Shown: positions 20,074-30,887 of the stretch, in pieces
How the letters are laid out: the number at the start of each line of letters is the position of its first letter
Position numbering within the stretch: position 1 is the first letter of the stretch
Assembly (NCBI RefSeq): GCF_000195955.2
Contig: NC_000962.3
Span: forward strand, 780,001 to 812,000
DNA from: Mycobacterium tuberculosis H37Rv
Lineage (GTDB): Bacteria > Actinomycetota > Actinomycetes > Mycobacteriales > Mycobacteriaceae
Direction of reading: 5' to 3'
Length of the DNA: 32,000 nt
Made by a program: the position numbers and the translations under genes
The notes under the pieces: model-generated
The model's input: the letters and a program-made list of their open reading frames with translations, nothing else
Databases searched by the model: none
What the model was told of the DNA's origin: nothing

Positions 20074-20088
20074 ACTCGACTGTCGAGT
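20074..20088. promoter_or_regulatory. perfect dyad ACTCGAC-T-GTCGAGT overlapping a TTGACT hexamer just upstream of the MerR-like start (candidate MerR operator)
   Basis: 7-bp arms with a 1-nt centre, 21 nt upstream of the MerR-like ATG. On the minus strand it reads CTTGACTCGACAGTCGAGTACA, resembling MerR-type operator/-35 arrangements. Confidence 0.35.
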
Positions 20089-20486
20089 CAAGGGTGTGTG
20101 TTGTCAGTGCCGGGTCAGGTGCCGATAGCAACCGGCCGCCCGCCGCTGCACCCGAGCCAGCGGCGATTTGGCCGAAGCGGTGATCTGGGGCATACTGTTC
20201 AGGTTGCCCTGCGCCAGGTTTGCGTCTGGCCGGGCATACGACCAGCGCCCACACGGGCGCGTCCGGTCCCACCCTTGAAGCGCGACGATTTCGGCCTTGA
20301 AATTGATCGCGACAAGGCTGTGTGCGGGCGACACGCCCGAGCGCGGGGCCGGTGGACCTACGACAGGTAAACAGCGGCGCAGTATTCGGCGCAACGCTAG
20401 ATCGGTCCAGAAGGACCGGGTCGATCGGCGCGCCGGGGAGCACCGGACCCGGATACGGGCTCGAGTGGGAGTGAGGTAGGAGAAGC

Positions 20487-20792
20487 GTGGCGGGACAGAA
20501 GATCCGCATCAGGCTGAAGGCCTACGACCATGAGGCCATTGACGCTTCGGCGCGCAAGATCGTCGAAACCGTCGTCCGCACCGGTGCCAGCGTCGTAGGG
20601 CCGGTGCCGCTACCGACTGAGAAGAACGTGTATTGCGTCATCCGCTCACCGCATAAGTACAAGGACTCGCGGGAGCACTTCGAGATGCGCACACACAAGC
20701 GGTTGATCGACATCATCGATCCCACGCCGAAGACCGTTGACGCGCTCATGCGCATCGACCTTCCGGCCAGCGTCGACGTCAACATCCAGTAG
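20487..20792 (+). CDS. rpsJ: 30S ribosomal protein S10
   Basis: 101 aa with a GTG start after TAGGAGAAG. Canonical S10: [29 protein letters not shown]. Confidence 0.99.
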
Positions 20793-20808
20793 GAGATTGG
20801 ACAGAGCA

Positions 20809-21462
20809 ATGGCACGAAAGGGCATTCTCGGTACCAAGCTGGGTATGACGCAGGTATTCGACGAAAGCAACAGAGTAGTACCGGTGACCGTGGTCAAGGC
20901 CGGGCCCAACGTGGTAACCCGCATCCGCACGCCCGAACGCGACGGTTATAGCGCCGTGCAGCTGGCCTATGGCGAGATCAGCCCACGCAAGGTCAACAAG
21001 CCGCTGACAGGTCAGTACACCGCCGCCGGCGTCAACCCACGCCGATACCTGGCGGAGCTGCGGCTGGACGACTCGGATGCCGCGACCGAGTACCAGGTTG
21101 GGCAAGAGTTGACCGCGGAGATCTTCGCCGATGGCAGCTACGTCGATGTGACGGGTACCTCCAAGGGCAAAGGTTTCGCCGGCACCATGAAGCGGCACGG
21201 CTTCCGCGGTCAGGGCGCCAGTCACGGTGCCCAGGCGGTGCACCGCCGTCCGGGCTCCATCGGCGGATGTGCCACGCCGGCGCGGGTGTTCAAGGGCACC
21301 CGGATGGCCGGGCGGATGGGCAATGACCGGGTGACCGTTCTTAACCTTTTGGTGCATAAGGTCGATGCCGAGAACGGCGTGCTGCTGATCAAGGGTGCGG
21401 TTCCTGGCCGCACCGGTGGACTGGTCATGGTCCGCAGTGCGATCAAACGAGGTGAGAAGTGA
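20809..21462 (+). CDS. rplC: 50S ribosomal protein L3
   Basis: 217 aa from ATG 20809 ([19 protein letters not shown]). The upstream 24 codons of the track ORF overlap rpsJ and are rejected. Confidence 0.98.
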
Positions 21463-22133
21463 TGGCTGCGCAAGAGCAGAAGACACTCAAAATCGACGTC
21501 AAGACGCCGGCGGGCAAGGTCGACGGCGCTATCGAGCTGCCGGCCGAGCTGTTCGACGTCCCGGCCAACATCGCGCTGATGCACCAGGTGGTCACCGCCC
21601 AGCGGGCGGCGGCACGCCAGGGTACCCACTCGACGAAGACGCGCGGCGAGGTCAGTGGCGGTGGCCGCAAGCCCTACCGGCAGAAGGGGACCGGTCGTGC
21701 CCGGCAGGGCTCGACGCGGGCGCCGCAGTTCACCGGCGGTGGCGTGGTACACGGTCCCAAGCCGCGCGACTACAGCCAGCGCACACCCAAGAAGATGATC
21801 GCCGCGGCGCTGCGCGGGGCGCTGTCCGACCGGGCCCGCAACGGGCGTATCCACGCGATCACCGAGCTAGTGGAAGGTCAAAACCCGTCGACCAAGAGCG
21901 CCAGGGCATTTCTGGCCAGCCTGACAGAACGTAAACAGGTGCTGGTGGTCATCGGGCGCAGCGACGAGGCCGGCGCGAAAAGCGTGCGCAATCTGCCGGG
22001 CGTGCACATCCTGGCGCCGGACCAGCTCAACACCTATGACGTGCTGCGTGCCGACGACGTGGTGTTCAGCGTTGAGGCGCTGAATGCCTATATCGCGGCC
22101 AACACCACGACGTCCGAGGAGGTTTCGGCCTGA
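21462..22133 (+). CDS. rplD: 50S ribosomal protein L4
   Basis: 223 aa from ATG 21462, overlapping the rplC TGA by 1 nt. A GTG at 21459 is an alternative start. Canonical L4: [22 protein letters not shown]...[19 protein letters not shown]. Confidence 0.98.
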
Positions 22134-22435
22134 TGGCGACGCTCGCTGACCCCCGCGACATCATCCTGGCCCCGGTGATCTCGGAGAAATCCTATGGGTT
22201 GCTGGATGACAACGTGTACACGTTTTTGGTGCGCCCGGATTCCAACAAGACGCAGATCAAGATCGCCGTCGAGAAGATTTTTGCCGTCAAGGTCGCATCG
22301 GTGAACACCGCGAACCGGCAGGGCAAGCGTAAACGCACCCGGACCGGATACGGCAAGCGCAAGAGCACCAAGCGCGCCATCGTCACCCTGGCGCCGGGCA
22401 GCAGGCCGATCGACCTGTTCGGGGCACCGGCCTAG
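22133..22435 (+). CDS. rplW: 50S ribosomal protein L23
   Basis: 100 aa with an ATGA junction to rplD. Canonical L23: [16 protein letters not shown]...[20 protein letters not shown]. Confidence 0.98.
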
Positions 22436-22500
22436 CCCGGCGACGATGCAGAGCGAAGCGATGAGGAGGAGCAGGGCAATGCGGCCTAGCCCGGCGACGA
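22429..22500. repeat. MIRU minisatellite (MIRU-VNTR locus 802 / MIRU40): one full 54-bp unit plus a partial second unit
   Basis: GGCCTAGCCCGGCGACGA occurs at 22429-22446 and again at 22483-22500, exactly 54 bp apart. The unit includes the rplW stop codon. The core matches the classic MIRU consensus (reverse complement GCTCCTCCTCATCGCTTCGCTCTGCATCGTCGCCGG). The locus name is from memory and rests on position 802.4 kb, assuming this window starts at H37Rv 780001. Confidence 0.85.
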
Positions 22501-22527
22501 GAGCGTGAGAGAAAGACCTGATTAGAC

Positions 22528-23370
22528 ATGGCAATTCGCAAGTACAAGCCCACGACGCCTGGTCGTCGCGGCGCCAGCGTATCTGATTTCGCCGAGATCA
22601 CCCGGTCAACCCCGGAGAAGTCGCTGGTGCGCCCGCTGCACGGTCGCGGTGGACGCAACGCGCATGGCCGGATTACCACCCGGCACAAAGGCGGCGGTCA
22701 TAAGCGCGCTTACCGGATGATCGACTTTCGCCGCAATGACAAAGATGGTGTCAACGCCAAGGTCGCGCACATCGAGTACGACCCGAACCGTACCGCACGG
22801 ATTGCGTTGCTCCACTATCTCGATGGGGAGAAGCGCTACATCATTGCACCCAACGGACTTTCGCAAGGGGATGTGGTGGAATCCGGCGCTAACGCCGACA
22901 TCAAGCCGGGCAACAACCTGCCATTGCGCAACATCCCGGCCGGTACCTTGATCCACGCCGTGGAGCTCCGCCCGGGAGGTGGCGCTAAGCTTGCGCGCTC
23001 GGCCGGGTCGAGCATCCAGCTGCTCGGCAAGGAGGCCAGCTACGCGTCGCTGCGTATGCCCAGCGGTGAGATCCGCCGGGTCGACGTCCGCTGCCGCGCG
23101 ACCGTCGGCGAAGTGGGCAATGCCGAGCAGGCAAACATCAACTGGGGCAAGGCCGGTCGGATGCGGTGGAAGGGCAAGCGCCCGTCGGTCCGGGGCGTGG
23201 TGATGAACCCGGTCGACCACCCGCACGGCGGTGGTGAGGGTAAGACCTCCGGCGGCCGTCACCCGGTTAGCCCGTGGGGCAAGCCTGAGGGGCGTACCCG
23301 CAATGCGAACAAGTCGAGCAACAAGTTCATCGTCCGACGCCGGCGCACCGGCAAGAAGCACTCGCGTTAG
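22528..23370 (+). CDS. rplB: 50S ribosomal protein L2
   Basis: 280 aa. Canonical L2: [15 protein letters not shown]...[12 protein letters not shown]. Confidence 0.99.
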
Positions 23371-23410
23371 CCGCGCAATCAGATCTAGGGAGTTTCAGGA
23401 GTAGCCAACC

Positions 23411-23688
23411 ATGCCACGCAGCCTGAAGAAGGGCCCGTTCGTCGACGAGCATCTGCTCAAGAAGGTCGATGTCCAGAACGAGAAGAACACCAAGCAGGTC
23501 ATCAAGACCTGGTCGCGTCGGTCGACCATCATTCCGGACTTCATCGGCCATACCTTTGCGGTGCACGACGGCCGCAAGCACGTCCCCGTGTTCGTCACCG
23601 AATCGATGGTGGGCCACAAACTTGGTGAGTTCGCGCCGACACGCACCTTCAAGGGCCACATTAAAGACGACCGAAAGAGCAAGCGGCG

Positions 23689-23692
<4 letters not shown>
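23411..23692 (+). CDS. rpsS: 30S ribosomal protein S19
   Basis: 93 aa with an AGGAG RBS. Canonical S19: [19 protein letters not shown]. Confidence 0.99.
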
Positions 23693-25106
<1,414 letters not shown>

Positions 25107-25109
25107 ATC

Positions 25110-25526
25110 ATGTTGATTCCCCGTAAGGTTAAACATCGCAAGCAGCACCATCCTCGCCAGCGCGGCATCGCCAGCGGCGGCACCACGGTGAACTTCGGCG
25201 ACTACGGCATTCAGGCCCTTGAGCACGCCTATGTCACCAACCGGCAGATCGAATCGGCGCGTATCGCCATCAACCGGCACATCAAGCGTGGCGGCAAGGT
25301 TTGGATCAACATCTTCCCTGACCGCCCGCTGACCAAGAAGCCCGCCGAAACCCGCATGGGTTCGGGCAAGGGCTCGCCGGAGTGGTGGGTAGCCAACGTT
25401 AAGCCGGGCCGGGTGCTGTTCGAGCTCAGTTACCCCAATGAAGGTGTCGCCCGGGCCGCGCTCACCCGAGCGATCCACAAGCTGCCGATCAAGGCACGCA
25501 TTATTACTCGAGAGGAGCAGTTCTGA
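25110..25526 (+). CDS. rplP: 50S ribosomal protein L16
   Basis: 138 aa. Canonical L16: [19 protein letters not shown]. Confidence 0.99.
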
Positions 25527-25759
25527 TGGCAGTGGGTGTCTCGCCGGGCGAACTGCGTGAGCTCACCGACGAGGAGCTGGCCGAGCGGTTGCGCGAGTCC
25601 AAGGAAGAGTTGTTCAACTTGCGTTTCCAGATGGCGACCGGCCAGCTCAACAATAACCGCCGGCTCCGTACGGTGCGTCAGGAAATCGCGCGCATCTACA
25701 CCGTGCTGCGCGAACGAGAACTGGGTCTGGCGACTGGGCCCGATGGTAAGGAATCGTGA
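25526..25759 (+). CDS. rpmC: 50S ribosomal protein L29
   Basis: 77 aa with a TGATG-type junction to rplP. Canonical L29: [33 protein letters not shown]. Confidence 0.98.
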
Positions 25760-26166
25760 TGGCAGAGGCTAAGACCGGCGCGAAGGCGGCGCCTAGGGTG
25801 GCTAAGGCCGCCAAGGCGGCCCCCAAGAAGGCCGCACCCAACGACGCTGAGGCCATAGGTGCGGCCAACGCGGCAAACGTTAAGGGGCCCAAGCACACTC
25901 CGCGTACTCCGAAGCCACGCGGCCGCCGCAAGACACGAATCGGCTATGTGGTGAGCGACAAAATGCAGAAGACCATTGTGGTGGAGCTGGAAGACCGCAT
26001 GCGGCACCCGCTATACGGCAAGATCATCCGGACCACTAAGAAGGTCAAGGCACACGACGAAGACAGCGTTGCCGGCATTGGCGACCGTGTCTCGCTGATG
26101 GAGACGCGTCCGCTGTCGGCGACCAAGCGCTGGCGGCTCGTCGAGATCCTCGAGAAGGCTAAGTAA
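25756..26166 (+). CDS. rpsQ: 30S ribosomal protein S17 with a ~50-aa Ala/Lys-rich N-terminal extension
   Basis: 136 aa with a GTGA junction to rpmC. The S17 core is [45 protein letters not shown]. Confidence 0.98.
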
Positions 26167-26172
26167 GCCTGA

Positions 26173-26230
26173 CGAGCAGTCGCAAAAGCCCCCGACACGC
26201 GCGGCGTGCGGGGGCTTTTGCGACTGCTCG
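26173..26230 (+). terminator. intrinsic-terminator-like hairpin closing the S10 operon
   Basis: 22-bp perfect stem (26173-26194 with 26209-26230), then a bulged A at 26195, then a 5-bp inner stem (26196-26200 with 26204-26208) and a 3-nt loop. The descending arm contains CUUUUGCG. Confidence 0.8.
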
Positions 26231-26334
26231 CCCAACCAGCGCGGCGTCAGTGCGGAAATCCTCAGCTGATTCCTACCCTGTGCGTGTAGTGTACACAACC
26301 GTTCATTAACTCCACGGGGAAGTGAGGCTGGCTT

Positions 26335-28698
26335 ATGGCACCCGAGGCCACCGAGGCGTTCAACGGCACCATCGAGCTGGATATTCGTGATTCGGAGCCG
26401 GATTGGGGCCCATACGCAGCGCCGGTGGCACCGGAGCACTCACCAAACATCCTGTATCTGGTCTGGGACGACGTCGGCATCGCGACCTGGGACTGCTTTG
26501 GCGGCCTGGTCGAGATGCCCGCGATGACGCGCGTCGCCGAGCGTGGCGTGCGACTGTCGCAATTTCACACCACCGCACTGTGCTCGCCGACCCGGGCGTC
26601 GCTGCTGACCGGTCGCAACGCCACCACCGTAGGCATGGCTACCATCGAAGAGTTCACCGACGGGTTCCCCAACTGCAACGGGCGGATCCCGGCTGACACC
26701 GCGTTGCTCCCAGAGGTGCTGGCCGAACATGGCTACAACACCTACTGTGTGGGCAAGTGGCACCTGACGCCACTCGAAGAATCCAATATGGCGTCGACGA
26801 AGCGGCACTGGCCGACCTCGCGTGGGTTCGAGCGGTTCTACGGATTCCTAGGCGGGGAGACCGACCAGTGGTATCCCGACCTGGTATACGACAACCACCC
26901 AGTGAGTCCTCCCGGCACACCCGAGGGTGGCTACCACCTGTCAAAAGACATCGCCGACAAGACGATCGAGTTCATTCGTGATGCCAAGGTGATCGCGCCC
27001 GACAAGCCGTGGTTCAGCTACGTGTGCCCAGGCGCCGGGCATGCGCCGCACCACGTCTTCAAGGAATGGGCGGACAGATACGCCGGCCGATTCGACATGG
27101 GGTATGAGCGCTATCGCGAGATCGTGCTGGAAAGGCAAAAGGCGCTAGGGATCGTGCCACCCGACACCGAACTGTCGCCCATAAACCCTTATCTGGATGT
27201 GCCGGGGCCAAACGGCGAGACCTGGCCGCTGCAGGACACGGTGCGGCCGTGGGACTCGCTGAGCGATGAAGAAAAGAAGCTGTTTTGCCGGATGGCCGAG
27301 GTGTTCGCCGGCTTTCTGAGCTACACCGACGCCCAGATCGGACGGATCCTGGACTACCTCGAGGAATCCGGCCAGCTGGACAACACCATCATCGTGGTGA
27401 TCTCCGACAACGGCGCCAGCGGCGAGGGCGGACCCAACGGATCGGTCAACGAAGGCAAGTTCTTCAACGGCTACATCGACACCGTCGCTGAAAGCATGAA
27501 GCTCTTCGACCACCTCGGTGGCCCGCAGACCTACAACCACTACCCCATCGGGTGGGCAATGGCCTTCAACACCCCCTACAAGCTGTTCAAGCGCTACGCC
27601 TCGCATGAAGGCGGCATTGCCGACCCGGCAATCATCTCCTGGCCCAACGGCATTGCCGCACACGGTGAAATCCGCGACAACTACGTCAATGTCAGCGACA
27701 TCACGCCCACCGTCTACGACCTGTTGGGCATGACACCGCCGGGGACCGTCAAGGGGATTCCGCAGAAACCGATGGACGGCGTGAGCTTCATAGCGGCCCT
27801 TGCCGACCCGGCCGCCGACACCGGCAAGACCACCCAGTTCTACACCATGCTGGGCACCCGCGGGATCTGGCATGAAGGTTGGTTCGCCAACACCATTCAC
27901 GCGGCCACGCCCGCCGGCTGGTCGAATTTCAACGCTGACCGCTGGGAACTGTTCCACATCGCAGCAGACCGCAGCCAGTGCCACGACCTGGCCGCCGAGC
28001 ATCCCGACAAACTTGAGGAGCTCAAGGCGCTGTGGTTCTCCGAAGCCGCCAAGTACAACGGGCTGCCGCTGGCCGATCTGAACCTCCTGGAAACGATGAC
28101 TCGGTCGCGGCCTTACCTGGTCAGCGAACGAGCCAGCTACGTCTACTATCCCGACTGCGCTGACGTCGGCATCGGCGCGGCCGTAGAGATTCGCGGGCGC
28201 TCGTTCGCCGTGCTGGCCGATGTGACCATCGATACCACCGGCGCCGAGGGCGTGCTGTTCAAGCACGGCGGCGCCCATGGCGGGCACGTGCTGTTCGTCC
28301 GGGACGGACGCTTGCACTACGTCTACAACTTCCTCGGTGAGCGCCAGCAGCTGGTCAGCTCGTCGGGTCCGGTCCCGTCGGGAAGACATCTACTCGGGGT
28401 TCGTTATTTGCGGACCGGAACCGTGCCCAACAGTCACACGCCGGTGGGCGATCTTGAGCTGTTCTTCGACGAGAACCTGGTCGGCGCCCTGACCAATGTG
28501 CTGACCCACCCTGGAACGTTCGGGTTGGCCGGCGCCGCTATCAGCGTTGGCCGCAACGGCGGTTCGGCTGTGTCCAGCCACTACGAAGCGCCGTTCGCGT
28601 TCACCGGCGGTACCATCACCCAGGTCACCGTCGACGTGTCAGGCCGACCGTTCGAAGATGTGGAATCCGATCTTGCGCTTGCTTTTTCGCGTGACTGA
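26335..28698 (+). CDS. atsA: Cys-type arylsulfatase
   Basis: 787 aa. The sulfatase signature is LCSPTRASLLTGR, with Cys83 codon TGC at 26581-26583. Metal-binding residues are YLVWDDVG and GKWHL. A large C-terminal extra domain follows. Confidence 0.95.
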   Translation: MAPEATEAFNGTIELDIRDSEPDWGPYAAPVAPEHSPNILYLVWDDVGIATWDCFGGLVEMPAMTRVAERGVRLSQFHTTALCSPTRASLLTGRNATTVGMATIEEFTDGFPNCNGRIPADTALLPEVLAEHGYNTYCVGKWHLTPLEESNMASTKRHWPTSRGFERFYGFLGGETDQWYPDLVYDNHPVSPPGTPEGGYHLSKDIADKTIEFIRDAKVIAPDKPWFSYVCPGAGHAPHHVFKEWADRYAGRFDMGYERYREIVLERQKALGIVPPDTELSPINPYLDVPGPNGETWPLQDTVRPWDSLSDEEKKLFCRMAEVFAGFLSYTDAQIGRILDYLEESGQLDNTIIVVISDNGASGEGGPNGSVNEGKFFNGYIDTVAESMKLFDHLGGPQTYNHYPIGWAMAFNTPYKLFKRYASHEGGIADPAIISWPNGIAAHGEIRDNYVNVSDITPTVYDLLGMTPPGTVKGIPQKPMDGVSFIAALADPAADTGKTTQFYTMLGTRGIWHEGWFANTIHAATPAGWSNFNADRWELFHIAADRSQCHDLAAEHPDKLEELKALWFSEAAKYNGLPLADLNLLETMTRSRPYLVSERASYVYYPDCADVGIGAAVEIRGRSFAVLADVTIDTTGAEGVLFKHGGAHGGHVLFVRDGRLHYVYNFLGERQQLVSSSGPVPSGRHLLGVRYLRTGTVPNSHTPVGDLELFFDENLVGALTNVLTHPGTFGLAGAAISVGRNGGSAVSSHYEAPFAFTGGTITQVTVDVSGRPFEDVESDLALAFSRD

Positions 28699-28745
28699 GC
28701 GGTCTGCTGTGACGCGGGACGGCGTGGTCGGCATACGCTGAAGTC

Positions 28746-29645
28746 GTGCTGACCGAGTTGGTTGACCTGCCCGGCGGATCGTTCCGCATGGGCTCGACGC
28801 GCTTCTACCCCGAAGAAGCGCCGATTCATACCGTGACCGTGCGCGCCTTTGCGGTAGAGCGACACCCGGTGACCAACGCGCAATTTGCCGAATTCGTCTC
28901 CGCGACAGGCTATGTGACGGTTGCAGAACAACCCCTTGACCCCGGGCTCTACCCAGGAGTGGACGCAGCAGACCTGTGTCCCGGTGCGATGGTGTTTTGT
29001 CCGACGGCCGGGCCGGTCGACCTGCGTGACTGGCGGCAATGGTGGGACTGGGTACCTGGCGCCTGCTGGCGCCATCCGTTTGGCCGGGACAGCGATATCG
29101 CCGACCGAGCCGGCCACCCGGTCGTACAGGTGGCCTATCCGGACGCCGTGGCCTACGCACGATGGGCTGGTCGACGCCTACCGACCGAGGCCGAGTGGGA
29201 GTACGCGGCCCGTGGCGGAACCACGGCAACCTATGCGTGGGGCGACCAGGAGAAGCCGGGGGGCATGCTCATGGCGAACACCTGGCAGGGCCGGTTTCCT
29301 TACCGCAACGACGGTGCATTGGGCTGGGTGGGAACCTCCCCGGTGGGCAGGTTTCCGGCCAACGGGTTTGGCTTGCTCGACATGATCGGAAACGTTTGGG
29401 AGTGGACCACCACCGAGTTCTATCCACACCATCGCATCGATCCACCCTCGACGGCCTGCTGCGCACCGGTCAAGCTCGCTACAGCCGCCGACCCGACGAT
29501 CAGCCAGACCCTCAAGGGCGGCTCGCACCTGTGCGCGCCGGAGTACTGCCACCGCTACCGCCCGGCGGCGCGCTCGCCGCAGTCGCAGGACACCGCGACC
29601 ACCCATATCGGGTTCCGGTGCGTGGCCGACCCGGTGTCCGGGTAG
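28746..29645 (+). CDS. formylglycine-generating enzyme (sulfatase-modifying factor, Rv0712-like)
   Basis: 299 aa with a GTG start. FGE-sulfatase domain: FRMGSTRFYPEEAPIHTVTVRAFAVERHPVTNAQFAEFVSATGY. Active-site region: GGSHLCAPEYCHRYRPAAR. Confidence 0.95.
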   Translation: MLTELVDLPGGSFRMGSTRFYPEEAPIHTVTVRAFAVERHPVTNAQFAEFVSATGYVTVAEQPLDPGLYPGVDAADLCPGAMVFCPTAGPVDLRDWRQWWDWVPGACWRHPFGRDSDIADRAGHPVVQVAYPDAVAYARWAGRRLPTEAEWEYAARGGTTATYAWGDQEKPGGMLMANTWQGRFPYRNDGALGWVGTSPVGRFPANGFGLLDMIGNVWEWTTTEFYPHHRIDPPSTACCAPVKLATAADPTISQTLKGGSHLCAPEYCHRYRPAARSPQSQDTATTHIGFRCVADPVSG

Positions 29646-29945
29646 TGCCAACTTCGCATGAGGAACTGCACACCCAGCAGGGCGTCAGTCGGCGCGACGA
29701 GTCACTCCCGGGGGCTACGCATGAATTCGACTACCGGAGCGGGCCTGGCTGGGCGTGGGCGCGCGCAGTTGTACGGCCCCAACGGCGTGTCGCTGTACAA
29801 ACACACGCCCTCGCTGGTCCGGTTGCCCCAAAAAGCCAAGCCCCCCAAACCAGTTGCTCGCCAGCAATGACGCCGGTTGCTACCATCTGACTCCGTGTCG
29901 CTTCCCGGGGCAGGACTGGGGCAGTGGGTTATCCGGTGATGACCG

Positions 29946-30887
29946 ATGGCCGGTAGCGACCCACCAACAGGTGGGCCGGCGTCGCAGGCGGGTTCAGACG
30001 CGGGAGCCTCGCCAGAACACAAACACATGTCGCGGCGAAAGCACCTCGTGCTCGATGTCTGCATCATCCTGGGTGTTCTCATTGCCTACGTCTTTTCGCT
30101 GCTCGGCTACGACTGGTTGGCCCACACACCGGGTCCGCTTCCGCAGCCGGACGTGGGCACGACTGACGACACCGTGGTTTTGATCCGCTTCGAGGAGCTG
30201 CACACTGTGGCAAATCGCCTCGATGTGAAAGTGCTGGTGCTGCCCGACGATTCGATGATCGACCATCGCCTCCAAGTGTTGACTACCGACACCTCGGTGC
30301 GGTTGTATCCGGAGAACGAACTCGGAGATCTGCAGTACCCGGTAGGAAAGCTGCCCGCGCAAGTAGCGACCACGATCGAGGCGCACGGCAACCCGGGCGC
30401 CTGGCCATTCGATACATACACCACCGATACGGTCCAGGCCGATGTGCTCGTCGGCGCTGGCGACAACCGTCAATACGTACCCGCCCGGGTCGAAGTGACC
30501 GGATCGCTGGAAGGCTGGGACATCAGCGCCGTCCGCGTCGGGGAAAGCAGCCAAACCTCTGATCGCCCGGACAATGTCATCATCACCCTGAAGAGGGCCA
30601 AGGGTCCGCTGGTTTTCGACCTGGGCATCTGCCTGGTGCTGATCACATTGCCGACGTTGGCCTTGTTCGTGGCCATCCAGATGATTACCGGCCGCAGAAA
30701 ATTCCAACCACCGTTCGGCACTTGGTACGCCGCGATGTTGTTCGCTGTCGTGCCGCTGCGCACTATTCTCCCGGGCTCGCCGCCGGCGGGTGCGTGGATT
30801 GACCGGGCCGTTGTGATCTGGGTGCTCATAGCGCTGGCGGCGGCGATGGTGGTGTACATCGTCGCCTGGTACCGAGAATCGGACTAA
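29946..30887 (+). CDS. polytopic membrane protein of unknown function (Rv0713-like; DUF4436-like from memory)
   Basis: 313 aa. One N-terminal TM helix (LVLDVCIILGVLIAYVFSLLGY), a ~170-aa extracytoplasmic-looking domain, then three C-terminal TM helices. An in-frame stop 3 nt upstream of the ATG fixes the start. Confidence 0.85.
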   Translation: MAGSDPPTGGPASQAGSDAGASPEHKHMSRRKHLVLDVCIILGVLIAYVFSLLGYDWLAHTPGPLPQPDVGTTDDTVVLIRFEELHTVANRLDVKVLVLPDDSMIDHRLQVLTTDTSVRLYPENELGDLQYPVGKLPAQVATTIEAHGNPGAWPFDTYTTDTVQADVLVGAGDNRQYVPARVEVTGSLEGWDISAVRVGESSQTSDRPDNVIITLKRAKGPLVFDLGICLVLITLPTLALFVAIQMITGRRKFQPPFGTWYAAMLFAVVPLRTILPGSPPAGAWIDRAVVIWVLIALAAAMVVYIVAWYRESD

